In this document: piece after piece, positions 11,601 through 26,600 of the stretch | Layout: each line of letters opens with the position of its first letter | Position numbering within the stretch: the first letter of the stretch is position 1 | Assembly: GCF_006345805.1 (NCBI RefSeq) | Contig: NC_043012.1 | Location: 32,922,001-32,986,000, forward strand | DNA length: 64,000 nucleotides | Source: Octopus sinensis | Lineage: Eukaryota | Direction of reading: 5' to 3' | Position numbers and translations under genes: made by a program | Notes under the pieces: generated by a model | What the model saw: the letters and a program-made list of their open reading frames with translations, nothing else | Told to the model about the DNA's origin: nothing | Databases searched by the model: none

Positions 11601-14600
11601 CGAAAATTTTTGTTCCCAGCTGAAATTTTATTTCGAGATGGTTCTTCCTCTTGTAGAACTTCTGCATGAGTAAGAACCTGTGAATCTGGTTTTCTGAACT
11701 CTTGAGTTCTTTTAGATAGAACAGCTTGTGGTTTAGAGCGTGGTGGTCGAAATACTTGTTTTACAATAGTCTCTTCTACTGTACCATCAAAATGATCTCT
11801 TCCAGAAACTGTTCTCAAATGCACATTTTGTTGTTGTTGTTGTTGTTGCAACCTTGGTGGTATTTGAACACACCGCACACTAGTTCGATTTTCACAAGAT
11901 TCATCATCATTACCTGTTAGTGCGGTCAGTTTGGGATATAAATGGCCAGAAGGATGACCATTTTCTCTCGTTCTGCTTGGCTCTTGCCGCTGCTTTTCTT
12001 TATTACTGGAGGTTTTTTCAGCATTACTTCTCGGTATTTTTTGATACAGAGAACTAGTTGTATTCGCTACTATTCTATCACACCTCTCGTCAATATACTG
12101 TCCTCTACCCCAGCCATTCTGATTGGTTTGTTGGGGCAAATATCCAGTGTGACCAGCAGCAGGATTATAAAACCTGGGATTATTTCTGTTGTGGTTGTTT
12201 TCTGTTACATTAGGATATGGTCCTCTATAAGATGGTTCATTACATACTAATTTACCTTTATCATTGTTCTCAGTGTTTAAATACTCAAACCTTTCGTATT
12301 TTGCAGGAAACTCTGAGCCATGAGGTGGATTCACGACATAGATTTTCTTGTGGGATTTCTTTTTTGGTTTCAGTTTAATATCAATAACTGAATCATCTTT
12401 TGATCTGTTACTGCTTTTCTCTGTTGATTCACTGGAATCCAGGTGAATTTCATATGTTTGGTGACCACGATGTTTTGATTTCTTGATGTTCCTTTCATTC
12501 ACGTAAATCTTTCCTGAAGGAATATCCATGCTTAGTTTTATATCAACATTATTTGGACTTGATTTTTTATGGACTGAATGTGCAGGCTGTGTTCTGCCTT
12601 CTCTATGTCGACCATTCCATAAACGGCTGTGAGTTGGAGGATAACTTTCTCGAACAATGGGTACACTAATGGGCTTGCTTTCATTTATAAGACTTTCATG
12701 AAGAATCTGTTCCAGAGAAGCTGATAACTGATTGTTTTCCAGTCTGTTCAGGCAATTACGAAGCTGTTCAATTTTCTGAGCGATCGGAATTTTCAAGGAT
12801 TGCAATTTTTCCATTTTTCTTTGTAAGTCGATGGACAAATCTGAGTCAATACGTGGAAATACTGGTTTCTGTGGTGTTTCATTAACAGTAATATATAAAT
12901 CAGAATCTGTTGTAGTATTAGTTGAGCTAATGAGTTCTTCCTCACTGCTAGAAATCTGATCCAAAGAGCTAACATTTGGAGAATCATCATCGGAATGATA
13001 ACGCCGACTTGGTCGATGACGATGTCTCCGTGGGCTTGAGGCTGTAGGCGTCAGAAACATTTCAGAACTAACTTCTGATTCCTTCTTACTTTTAACCTCA
13101 GTATCCTTAAATTTCTCTGGCAGATTTGCAATGTTGCCAGTGCGCCTACGAAGGGCAGGGATCGGTCGGTCAGAGGATTGATGTCCAGTGTTTTTGCTGC
13201 TGTATTTCTCCTCATAAGATTCTGTTGAAACAGATTTCCTCATCTCAAACTGTTTGTCTTTACTATGATGAACCAGGCCATTCTGAGTTCTTTTCAGGAT
13301 GGAAAATGAAGGTTTAGACTTTGACTTTTCCAGAGATTCATATTCTTCAGGATCGCTATCAGCAGTTACATATTGGCTGGCATTGAAGCTCTCGGATGGC
13401 ATTCGGTGCACATATCTTGAGGATGTGGGTTTTGTCTTCTCATCTAAAAAACAAAATAATAAATTGTTTATTACAAAGAAATATAACTGATGATTTTAGA
13501 TATTTTCAATAAGTTATTCATTTAGATGATCAGGATTTAATAGGGATAATTGAAATGAAAGTAAATGTATTTGTGAAAATTATGAAGAAATTTGGCTCAA
13601 TGACATAATTGATTAAAAAGTCAAAGGAACAGCAGAGGATTGTCAAGTGTCATTGCTAAGTACACAGATGAATTTAATGACGAATTGCTGCATGAAACAG
13701 ATTCTTAATCACCACCATTGTCACTTGCTAATTATGATCCATAACCAGTGACACAATTTCCACAATTACAAAAACCAATTAAGTTTTAATATAAATATAT
13801 GTAGAAATAAACAAAAAATCAAATGGAAATTGTAGTTGTGATACCCGTGCTGGTGGCATGTAAAAAGACACCACCCGAAAATATTTTGACAAATTAAATT
13901 TAAATGTTGAAGTGAATCTAACGGTTTTTGTGTGTTTCTTAAAATGGCTTGTAAGCAGGGAGACAACTCTTCCTCTCATGTGTTGTTGACTGATCAGTCG
14001 TAGTTTCGGTAACGTGTGTGTGTGAATGCAAAGACATACATTGTGGACTCTCCAATCGTAGGCGATAGATGAGGGTTCTCCAGATTCTTGCTGAGCAATC
14101 TTTCACAGATAATACGTTTTCCTTTTAGTTTACTCTTTCCATCAAATCAATATTGCTTGTACAGTTGCATTTTCGTGCCACATGTCAGATGTTGAAGTGA
14201 TGGAAGAGCAATGTAAAGTGAAGTGTTTTGCTCAAGAACTCAATGCATCACCCAGTCCAGGAATCGAGATTAAGATCTAACATTCATGAACGCAACACTC
14301 TAACCACCAGGCCATGTGCCCTCACTTTGTATGTAGATATACACATATGGTAATATAACATATATTAATCATCATCATCATCATCAAAGTTTAACGCCTG
14401 TTTTCCATGCTAGCATGGGTTGGACGGTTCGACCAAGGTCTGGGAAGCCAGGAGGCTGAACCAAGCTCCAATCTGATCTGGCAGTGTTTCTACAGCTGGA
14501 TGCCCTTCCTAACGCCAACCACTCTATGAGTGTAGTGGGTACTTTTTACGTGCCACCGGCACGAGGGCCAGTCAGGTGGTACTGGCAACGGCCACGCCCA

Positions 14601-17600
14601 AATGATCTTTTTATGTGCCACCTGCACAGGAGCCAGTCCAGCGGCACTGGCGCGAGTGACTAAAACTCCTTGAAGGTGATGTTGCAGTGTGGATGCAGTC
14701 GAATGACTGAAACCACTGAAAGAATAACAGGAAAATGTGCCTCATCTGAAGCTACACAGCAATTCAACTTGCAAATCCTAAACTAATCCAGAGGCCAGAT
14801 TCTAGTCAAACAATAGCCGAATCACAGATATCCAATCAATTTTATCTCTTGAGCATTTAGATTACTCTGTCAAATGCCTATCTATTCACAATGTTTTGAA
14901 TTAATTATGCATTATCTCATAGTTTCAAGATTTGATGACGACAACGACGACGCCACCACCACCACCACCATCATTGTTTAATGTCCATTTTCCATGTTGG
15001 CATGAGATGGACAGTTTGCCTTGGAGCCGTCCAGACTCCAGCTGTCTTTTGTGGCATGGTTTCTATGGCTGGATGCCCTTCCTAATACCAACCACTTAAC
15101 AGAGTGTGCTGGGTGATTTTTATGTGCCACCAATACGGGTGTGTTTACACAGCACTGGCACAGGTGCTCTTTATGTGGCACCAGCACCTGAAAGGCCAAG
15201 CCTGTATGTGTGGAAGGCAGCAATTTTACTGAGCTTGATACGTCTTATCAAGTACAGCAAATTGCCACATCTTCTGGTTATTTCCTTAGAGAGGCCCAGT
15301 GTCCAAAATGACATTGTAGGATGTGTTAGAAGCTGGATCTAGCCAGTTCAAGCATAAAGCAGGTAGAATCTTTGGGTTGGATATGGCCAGCTTAAATGCT
15401 AAAGAGTTAAGACATTTACTTACTTAGTGAACAGCTTCGTTTTAATTGTCTCAGGTGGGCATCTAATTTGGATTTCAACTTCTGGGAATGTCTTTGCAAG
15501 ATTCTGATACAGTCTTCATGTGCATAATTCTGAGCCATATCCAAAGCTGTGTTTCCATCCTGGAATATGAATATGAAAATAAGACATAAAATTCTTGATA
15601 TTGAAACTTTTTCAATTAAACATCAAACACAATGAAAGCATTTGCTCCATAATTTACTTTTGTCCTTTCTTCTAAATGTTAATACTGGCAATTATTATAA
15701 ATCAAATAAAAAATAAACCATTTTATATAACATTCAACAGAAATAAATAAGTAATCTGTAGGTGCAGGCATGGCTGTACGGTAAGAAGCTTGGTCCCCAA
15801 TGGCATGGCCTCAGGTTCAGTTTCATTACATGGCACCTTGGGCAAGTGTCTATAGCCCCAGGCTGACCAAAGCCTTGCAAGTGGATTTAGTAGATGGAAA
15901 CTGAAAGAAGCCCATTGCATATGTAGGCATATATATTATGCGTGTATGTACGTGCATTAGTGTTCTTTGCATTGACAAAACATGTGAAGGTTGTAAATAC
16001 ATGCCACCCTCATGCAAGTGGTGCCCTCTGTTCTCAATCCTCCATGGAAACTGCATTGATATGGTCATGTGATGTGTTTGGACGAGGACAGCTGTATAAA
16101 GTAATGCTGATCCCTAACTGAGGAGGGAACCTGTGGTAGAGGTAGACCCAGAAAGATGTGGGGTGAGGTGATGAAGCGTGATCTTTGAACATTGAGCTTC
16201 ACAGAGGCAATGACTAGTGACTGAGGCCTTTGGCAATATGCTGTGCTTGAGAAAACCTGTCGAGCCAAGTGAAATCGTAGTTGTGGCCGATGCTGGCATC
16301 ACATAACTGGCACTTGTGCCAGTGACATGTAAAAAGTACCATTCAGGCATTGGGCCCCACAGAGGCATTGTTGCTGATGTTGGTCTCTTGTAAAATCACC
16401 CATTACATTCTTGGAGTGGTTGGCATTAGGAAGGGCATCCAGCCATAGAAACCATGTCAAATCAGACCAGAGTCTAGTGCAGCCTCTCAGCTCACCAGCC
16501 CTGGTCAAATCGTCCAATGGACAATAGACATTCAATGATGATGATGTTATTTCTTTATTGCCCACAAGGGACTAAACACAGAGGGGACAAACAAGGACGG
16601 ACAAAGGGATTAAGTCGATTACATCGACCCCAGTGCGTAACTGGTACTTTATTTATCGACCCCTGCGGAATTTGAACTCAGAACGTAACCGCTAAGCATT
16701 TCGCCCGGCGTGTTAATGTTTTTGCCAGCTCACCCACTGAATAGCATACCAGTTCATTGCAGGACTACTCGTTTACAACTGGGCGAACTGGAGCAATGTG
16801 AATTGAAGTGTTTTGCTCAAAAACACAATGCACTGCCCAGTCTGGGAATTGAAACCATGATCTTACAGTCATGAATGCAACACCCTAACTACTTGGCCAT
16901 GCTCCTTCATTTAAACACAGAGGCCATAAAGACTTTATCCTCACTTATAACATGGATGTTCTGTTAAAACAGTCTATATTGCGATATATATACCTTGAGA
17001 CAAACTCTGATATTGGCTTCTGGTGCAAAATACATCAAAGTGCAACTGCAGTGTAGTTTGTTCCAACAGAAAGTGGGGATAAATATTACCTCTCAGTATT
17101 AATAGTGTCTTTGTTGCTAATTATATATTTTGTAAAGACTTTATTTCTATTGAGTAAATTGCCTACTATAAATCATCATCATCATCATTTAACGTCCGCT
17201 TTCCATGCTAGCATAGGTTGGACGATTTTGACTGAGGGCTGGCGAACCAGATGGCTGCACCAGGCTCCAATCTTGATTTGGCAGAGTTTCTACAGCTGGA
17301 TGCCCTTCCTAACGCCAACCACTCCGAGAGTGTAGTGGGTGCTTTTTACGTGCCACCGGCACGAGGGCCAGTCAGGTGGTACTTGCAACGATCTCGCTCG
17401 AATCTATTTACACATGCTACCAGCACAAGTGCCAGTAAGGCGACGTTGGTAACGAACACACTCAAAATAAGAAAGAAAATTCCAAAATGTTCATCTATGT
17501 TAAGAAGATCAGAATATTAGCTCAGTTTTGAGCCATAGATTTATTTATGGCTGTAAGGACACCACTCCACCGAAATGACTATAGAACTAATTAGTTAGTC

Positions 17601-20600
17601 ACTATTAATGGCATTGTAGGGACAGCGTAAGAGACCAAATCTGGCCAGTTTGAGCATAAAATGGGTAGAATATTTGGGCCAGATATGGCTGGTTTAAATG
17701 CATAAGGGTTAAGCAATCTGTGTTTGTCAACAGAGGTAACAACTCCCTAAACTTCTTCCACTCCTCTCTGACTTTAAATAATGGAGGAAAAGGAAAATCT
17801 CATAAAAAAATTTTCATCAGCAATGTAAAAGTGAATGGTAAGAGCAAACCAGTAAACAAAACCTTAGGTTAAATAACAAAAAAAAACTTACAGCATCACG
17901 TAAAGTTATATCTCCACCATTCTTTAACAGCAGTTTAAGTGTGTCTGTGTTCCCCCAGGTGGCAGCGATATGTAATGGAGTAACTCCTTCCTGGGTCCTG
18001 GAGTGAAAAAGAAAAACAGGATAAAATCAGTCTCAAGTTATCACAAGATATCTTTTACAGATAAGTTTGGAACACACATCACTCACTTGCTCCCCCACTC
18101 TCACACACACACTTTAATATAGAAAACAAACCATTCCAATATAACCTAGACGTTATCAAAGAAGCTTGAGAGGCGGTTGGATGGAACTTACACTCGCCTC
18201 CTTATGAGAGCTCAAAATCTCTTGTAGAAGCATCATCCAACCAAAGTACAAATATATGGGAAATTACCACCTGTATCATCTCTTGTGAAAAGTAGAAGAG
18301 TCCAGTTTGCTGGACAGTGTTGTAGAGCTGAAAACGAGGTAATTTCTACTCTTCTCCTCTGGAAGCCATCTGCTCGCGATACCAGAGGGCGCACACTCTC
18401 CTGCCCTGATGTAATCTCCAGGGATACAGGCATCCAGCAACAGGACCTCCATAATGCTATGATGGACCGTGAAGTCTGGTGTGGTGTAACATAGGAAATT
18501 CCATTGTCTCGACCACAGTCGAACAATGATGATGATAATATGTCCCACATACTTGTAGGAATGGCTGTGGTAAGACGCTTACTTTCCAACCACATGGTTC
18601 CGAGTTCAGTCTCACAGCATGGCACCTTCTACTATAGCCTCGGGCTGACCAAAGCCTCGAGTGGATTTGGTAGACGGAGACTGAAAGTAGCCTCAATGTA
18701 TATACCTATTTGCAGAGCTGGGTGTAAGTCTATTAATCATTAATTAACAAAGCTAACATTTTTGTTAACAATTTAACTTTGAAAATCATCAACGACGGAC
18801 TAATTAACTTCCATTACATTTAGCTTTTGTTAACTCAAGTCCATTAACCCCAAAATTTCATAAAAACCGGTAAATGTTTAAAAGTTTCTATTGTTTTCAG
18901 ATTGTCTTAGCATATTTCATATTGTACATGTCATTCTTTCAACCTCAATATAACACCACTTATTATTATAAATAACTTGTAGGACTTTGTTTGACCCTGC
19001 ATGGATTTGAAACTAAATCCATCTGCTTGTTGCTTGCAAAGACAGTGGGAAATTTCTTAGTCCTGTCAAGAGGGAACAGTGATTGGTGTGTTTCTATTTG
19101 ATCTGTGGCTTCAGTGTGTCATGGAGAGAATTATGTATATATTGTGTTTTTCATTTTTTTCATTTTTTTTTTACGGCCACTTTATCAATAAACTTTTTGT
19201 TAGTTTAATATTAATATTGTGTTTCATTTTGAGTTTTTTTGCTTCACCTTTTTCTTTAAAAAAACCTAAAAAAGGGCCAAAACTATGAAATCAGCCTTTT
19301 TTAGGCCCTTTAAAATTTAAAACTATAAAATCAGCATTTTTTAACTCTCAAACAACAAAAAAAAAACATAGTCTTGGGGTCCTCAAAAAGGCCAGAAAAG
19401 CTGATTTTATACTTTTGGCACTTTTTAACCCTTTAGTGTTTAAACCGGCCAAAACCCATTGTATCTAATTCCTCTACGAAATCCTTTAAAAAAATAAATA
19501 AGTCACGTTAGTGAATTCTCATAGCTTTGAGATAATATGAAGGCTTTTCTTCCGGAAAGCACAGAACTGGCAGAAAAGCAAAATTAACTGAGGTGGATGT
19601 CAACAGGGAAAATATTGACTTTCATAAATTGGAAAAAATAAATGGAAGGAAAAAAGTTGGTAAATATTTTGGTTTGAATGCAAATAGCTGTTACATGGAA
19701 GCAGGGCATGCTAGAAATAGCAGTCATATCTTTGCTTTTCTGGAAAAAGGAGCCGTTTATGTGTGATTTTGATATCACATTCATTGAAAGCATGCAAAAT
19801 AACCTGGAAAAGATAAAAAGACCCGCAAAACAAAAGATAAAAAGACCCGCAAATATTGAGAAGCAGCAGAAATGTTTATGCATGAGACTGAAAGCCATTG
19901 CTCTTTGTTCTAACTTGCAATACTATCATGATTAGGTTTGTTTTTCACTTTTCAAGGTAAATAAACTTTAGTTATAGACTGAAATCAATGCAACCGCACG
20001 GCATCTGTCAATTTAAGAAATCAATATACTCACATTTCCAGGCAGATACACATGTTCATATAACCAACCATTCATTCATTGTAACATATTTTTATGAACA
20101 TATTCTGTGCTTATGTAATAAAAATTAGATTTCAAGCCATTGCAACCACTCTGACTCTAACCCTAATGTCAACAACGACTGCAGTCAAATATGTGTCCAC
20201 AACAACAGTTTGACATTAACTCTTTAGCATTTAACCCTTTCGTTACTCTATTTATTTTGAGATGCTCTGTGTTTCTTTCAATTAATTTTAAATATAACAA
20301 AGAATTTAGTAGAATAACTTAGAATAACATTAAGCTAGTGTTAGGAAAATAAATTGTGACTAAGGTTTGGTGGAAGATTTTAAATCAAAACTTATGAAAA
20401 CAAGACATTTGTATTCAGAGCCAAGGCCGGTTTCAACCGGGTTAAGAATTGTTTCTCTATTATATATCTTAACCCTTTTGTTACCATATTTCTGCTGAGG
20501 TGCTCTGTGTTTCTTTTAATTACTTCTAAATATAACAAAGAATTTAGTAGAATAACTTAGTTATCCTTAAGCTAGTGTTAGGAACATAAATTGTGACTAA

Positions 20601-23600
20601 GGTTTGGTGGAAGATTTTAAATCAAAACTTATGAAAACAAGACATTTGTACTACAGAGCCAGAGCCGGTTTCAGCCAGGTTGGTAACGAAAGGGTTAAAC
20701 TGGCTTATCCAGTCAAAACATTTTACCTGTTTCTATGTTCAAATTGGCCAAACCTATATTTGGCCTTTCACACCTACCCTACAATATCGTTCTAAAGAAA
20801 TAAACAATCACATATTCAAAATCTCAAAGCTACAAGATAATGCATGATTAATTCAAAACGATGTGAATAAATATGCAATTACATTTGACAGACTAATCTG
20901 AATGCCAAAGGGTCAAAGTTTAATGAAATATTAATTTCAAAATGTCAGTATTAGAATATAAGGAAGTTATGGTGTTTATTAAGCAGTAAAGATGGTATAG
21001 CAATTAAGCTTTAAGTGAAACCTATTTTCATGAAAGAGAGGCTATGACGAAAGACCGAGTCCTCTGGAGATATGCTGTGACTTCGAAGACCCGACGAATG
21101 AAGTGAGTTCATGGCTCGCAGGACAGCCTGCTGTGCTAACCTTGGATCGTAGAGTGACCCGCTGTTCTTGAGGAGACCTATTGAGTCAAGTACGTTAAAA
21201 CCCACATCAAATGAAAATTGAGAGGAAATAGTAGTTAAGACACCCGTGCCGGTGACATGTTAAAAGAAAAGCACCGTCCGAACATGGCAGATGCCAGCGC
21301 CGCCTGACTGGCGTCCGTGACACGTAAAAGCACCAACCGATCGTGGCCATTTGCCAGTCTCCTCTGGCCCCTGTGCCGGTGGCATGTAAAAAGCACCTAC
21401 TACACTCACAGAGTGGTTGGCGTTAGGAAGGGCATCCAGCTGTAGAAACACTGCCAGATCAGACTGGTGCCTGGTACAGCCTCCTGGCTTCCCAGACCCC
21501 GGTCGAACCGTCCAACCCATGCTAGCATGGAAAACAGACGTTAAACGATGATGATGATGATGACATCTAGAAAATACTTCCTTATTTCTTTAGTATGAAC
21601 CAAAAGGAATATGACGAATACAATTGCCTTTTTTTTCATTACATTTGTATTTCTCTTCCTGCTCGTATTTCATCTAAGCTACTAGGAAATATCATTTATC
21701 AAATGATACAGAATCCTGGCACCATTCTCTTTTTTTGTCTACTTTTATCCAATTCTTTTTGCTTACCAAACCAACACCATGTACACCTATGATTCCTGAA
21801 TAACACTGAGGTAGTTAAACATTTTTGTGAACCACAGTAACACTGACACCTCTTGCTTTCTTTAACCTCAACTGACTCTAAATATATGCAGTTATGATGC
21901 TTGTTGCATTAACCGTTTAACATTTAAACCAATCATAATTGGTCCAAATATTCTACCTTTTATGTTCGAACTGGCTCAAACTGGCACGTTACACCTACCC
22001 TACTTTGTCATTCTAAAAATAAACAATCACATCAAAATCTCAAAGCTATAAAGTGATGCATGATTAATTGAGAATAATGTGAATAAATAAACTTTACATT
22101 TGACAAAGTAATACATACGAGCGCTAAGAGTACCATACGAGTGAGATCATTGTCAGAGCAACAAGCTGGCCTTTGTGCCGGTGGCACGTTAAGCACACCA
22201 TTCGAACATGATCGTTACCGTGTCGCCTTACTAGCACTTGTGCTGGTGGCAGGTGAAAAATTCGAGTGAGGTCGTCGCCAGTGCCGCTGGACTGGCTCCT
22301 GTGCAGGTGGCATGTAAAAAGCACTATTTGGGCGTTGCCATTGCCAGCACCACCAAACCGGCCCTTGTGCCGGTGGCACGTAAAAGCACCCACTACACTC
22401 TCGGAGTGGTTGGCATTAGGAAGGATATCCAGCTGTAGAAATTCTGCCAGATCAGATTGGAGTCTGGTTTGCCAGACCTCAGTCAAATCGTCCAACCCAT
22501 GCTAGCATGGAAAGCAGATGTTAAATGATGATGATGATGATGATGAGACACATATTAATCTATACACATGTAAGTATACACAAAAGAACTCTTTCTCTAC
22601 AACCCTTACAAACAAAATTCCAATAACCAAGCCCTACTTTTACATGCCACTCAGAACACACCTTCAACTGATGGTTTCTGAAGTTTCCCTATCAGGAATA
22701 ACTCTCATCATATTTCACAAAGAACCTTAGTAATTCATCAAACAAAAGGTCTTTTCAAAAACCCAAAATGAAAAAAATTTCTGTCCCCACTCTGCCTCTG
22801 TCTGTCTCTCTCTCACACACACACACTGGCCACAAAGATTATTCAGTAAACATTAACCCTGAAGTTCAGTCTTGTGCAGGTTAGGTTCACACAATTCTAC
22901 TGTTAAATAAGTAATTTTAACAATCTACTCCAGATATGATATACCCAAGCCATCCCCCACAACCAACAGAAGTCAAAAAAAAAAAGAAAGAAAGAAAAAA
23001 AAGTGAAAATATACTAATAAATAAATAAATATGAAACAATGACAGTTATGTGACATTTAATGAAATTAATATCACCCTGCCCTCATTACAATCTGTCCTA
23101 TATTTAATCATATACTTATTTACAGAATACACACCAACACAAGCAGCAGCACACACACACACACCTACATGTATATACATAGATATGAACACACATGCAC
23201 AATACACATACCGTTACCATAATGTTCACTTTTCCCTGCTTGCATGAGCCAAATGGAATTCAATGAGGCAGACTTTCTACTGCCAGATGCCCTGTTTGTC
23301 ACCGTTCTTCACAGAAAGGTAGCATTCCTCCCATGGCCAGACATATTTTCAGAAAATCAGAAAGGAGGAACACCACTTCAACGACAGTATCATTTGTTTA
23401 CAACTATCAATATAAAGATGAAGACACACACGCACGTGCACTTACACACACACATACACATGCATATACACACACACACGTGCCTTCCTTGTCTTCATAT
23501 TATGCAGTACTTGTAAATGAGTGTCACTGTCAGAGACTCAGTGTCATTAATTTCCAATAATCTAAGGTAATGGGGGAAATATTACTTTTGAGAATTCATA

Positions 23601-26600
23601 GAAAAAGTTCTCAAAAGATGCCTCGAGGGTGGTAGAAGAAGCCGACTCAACCCGCCCAAGGTGAATGTCGCCACAAGTACAAGTTAGTAAATATTACTTT
23701 GCCTGGAACAAGTAAGGGTGGTAACAAGAAGGGCATCCAATCAGAAAATTGACCCAATGCTAGCAAGGAAAAGTGGACATTAACCCTTTTGATACCAACC
23801 CACCTGAAACTGCCCCTGGTTCCACAACACAAACTTACTGTTTTAACCCTTTTGTTACTGTATTTATTTTGAGATGCTCTGTGTTTCTTTCAATTACTTT
23901 AAATATAATAAAGAATTTAGTAAAATAACTTAGTTGTCATTAAGCTAGTGTTAGGAACATTAATTGTGTCTAAGGTTTGGTGGAATATTTTAATGTAAAA
24001 CTTATGAAAACATGAGATTTGTACTCAGAGCCAGAGCCGGTTTCAGCCGGGTTGGTAACGAAAGGGTTAAAGTGATCTAAATTATAATCTTCCATCAGAA
24101 TTGTAGGTCAATTTTAACCCTGACACCAGCTTAATAAGGAGGAATTACAACCGTGTTTCGTGGTCTGCTACCACAACAGCTCCTTTATAGGATCCAGTTA
24201 GCTCAAGACATCATCAGGAGGAACCACATCCGGTTTCGGCTCCCTACTCCTCTACCGTTTTGACGTGGTGTGGCCACCCCCTTTCGGAGAAAGTTATTTT
24301 ACTAAATTCTTCATCATTTTAAAACTTCAATTGAAACAAAAGCATTATGTTAACAGAAATAGGGTAACAAAAGGGTTAAAATGGTGGTGGTGGTAGTCTT
24401 CCTCCTACCCCGTTGTTTGCCATATGTTTCTGGGTCAACAGCTATGAATAACAATAAAGTTTCTACATTCAAGCATAAATGAACATAATTTTGTTTTTTT
24501 TAATAAAATTGTATATTTTTTAGAGAACTGCCATTTTTCAGTGTCAGACTCTAATTGGAGAAATTGACAGTTTGCAACTAGTCTCTGGCACTGCCCTCTT
24601 CCCTACTGGCTTAGTCTACATAAACTACAAATAAATACAATCAAACCTGAGTTGTTATAGCTGATTTCTTACATAAGCACAAGGACTAAAACTCAAGTCA
24701 ATTATAGTGACTCAATTGCTGCAACTTTATTGACCCCAGAAAGTTAAAGTTAAGCTTGGAAGAATATTGAACTCAGAAAGTAAAAGGCTATAAATTAAAT
24801 ACCTTTTTCTTTACTACCCACAAGAGGCTAAACATAGAGGGTACAAACAAGAACAGACAATGGATTAAGCCAATTATATCAACCCCAGTGTGTAACTGGT
24901 ACTTAATTTATCGACCCCGAAAGGATGAAAGGCAAAGTCGACCTCGGCGGAATTTGAACTCAGAACATAACAGCAGACAAAATACGGCTATGCATTTTGC
25001 CCGGCGTGCTAGCGTTTCTGCCAGCTTGCCACCTTCAAAGGCTATAAATAAATACCACAAGGCAACTACTGTCAATCCACTACCCTCTGAGTACTGCATA
25101 AATCAGGTATGGGCCACATAAGACATGATCTTCATTAGGTAGGCCATAGTACAAAAAAATTCCTAAATTCACAAGGGCTACATTTTGGCCATGACTTGTA
25201 TAAATTATCAAGTATATGTAAAGCCTAGAAACAAAGGAACTGCCAGGCTGGTTTGTCATCGATACAGTGTAAGGAACCAACATTCATTTTATGTAGTGCA
25301 GCTCTAATTATATATTCTACAGAAGGTAGGAAAGTATTAGCAGCAAAGGAAGGTGAACGGGTCCCTACCAAGAAGCAAAACAAGGTTACAAAACCAATTC
25401 AGAGAAACGTTTGATAACAATAAGGTTGGTACCTGCCACTTTAAAACTTCTAAAATAAGCAATGGTTTAGATAAGTAAAGCTGTCTAAGAGCATATAACG
25501 TCTGCAATAGAAGATAAACTTAAGCTTCAAGAGTTGCCTACTTCATCTGCACAGTAAATATACTTTCCTTAAATAAATACCAAGAATTTATAATGAGTGA
25601 GAGAAGAAAATGGGAAGCTGTGGCATTTGTGCTTCGTCAAGAGCATTGTTAAAGAGTATAATTAACAAAGGAGAAGAGGCAGCTAAGTAGAACTATTTAT
25701 AATGTTGGGGTTTTTTTTAACAATGTTCAGAGCATTGATAGGGGAATGGAAATGCTGATCAAATCAATTCCAGTAACGAGCTGGTACTATTTAATTGGCC
25801 TTGGAAAAGTTGACAAGCAAAATTGGCCTTGTATGGATTTGAACTCAGAATGTAAAAGAACATTATATAGACGCAAGGGTGGCTGCATTGAAGGTGGCAA
25901 GCTGGCAGAAACATTAGCATGCCAGGCAAAATGCTTAGTGGTATTTTGTCTGTATGTTCTAAGTTCAAATTCAGCTGAGGTCGACTTTGCCTTCCATCCT
26001 TTCGGGGTCAATAAATTAAGTACCAGTTATGCACTGGGGTCAATGTATTCGACTTAATCCGTTTGTCTGTCCTTGCTTGTCCCCTCTGTGTTTAGCCCCT
26101 TGTGGGTAGTAAAAAGAATATATATTACATATTTATGTGTTTGTTGTTGCCCCACCTCACCTCCTGACAACCAGTGTTTGTTTGTTCGCATCCTCATAAC
26201 TTAGCAGTTTGGTAAAAGTAGCAAACTTAAAAAAAAAAAAAACTGGGATTGATTTGGTTGGCTAAAACCCTCCAAGGCAGTGCCCCGACATGGCCACAGT
26301 CCAAAGACTGAAACAAGTGATCAACAAAAGATGATAAATGGTCTTGATTTCATAACTTGAACTATAATAGAAACAAAGACAAGCAAAACAACATGGAAAC
26401 TTTTTAACTAAGGAAAATACATCCAACATTTTAGCGTTTAAACTGGCCATACCTGACTCAAGTATTCTAGCAGTTTTTATGTTCAAACCAGTCACATCTA
26501 CCCTACAATGTCATTCTAAAAATTCACAATCACATCTTTAAAATCTTGAAGCTACAAAATATCCTTGAAGGATTTTTAGTTTAATAGAATTGATTAAGAA

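Noticed and set aside
7532-13411. Treating the 1959-aa ORF as a standalone single-exon gene or transposon ORF
   Set aside because: It starts at GTG, the frame is open up to a splice acceptor at 13443, and a phase-compatible donor at 7624 joins the nuclease exons. The hydrophobic C-terminal tail is intronic read-through.
24138-24290. Insert inside a MITE with minus-strand CTGATGA and two CGAAAC words (hammerhead-like)
   Set aside because: The sequences flanking the cores are direct repeats (TTCCTCC) rather than complementary, so stem I cannot be drawn. Not called a ribozyme.
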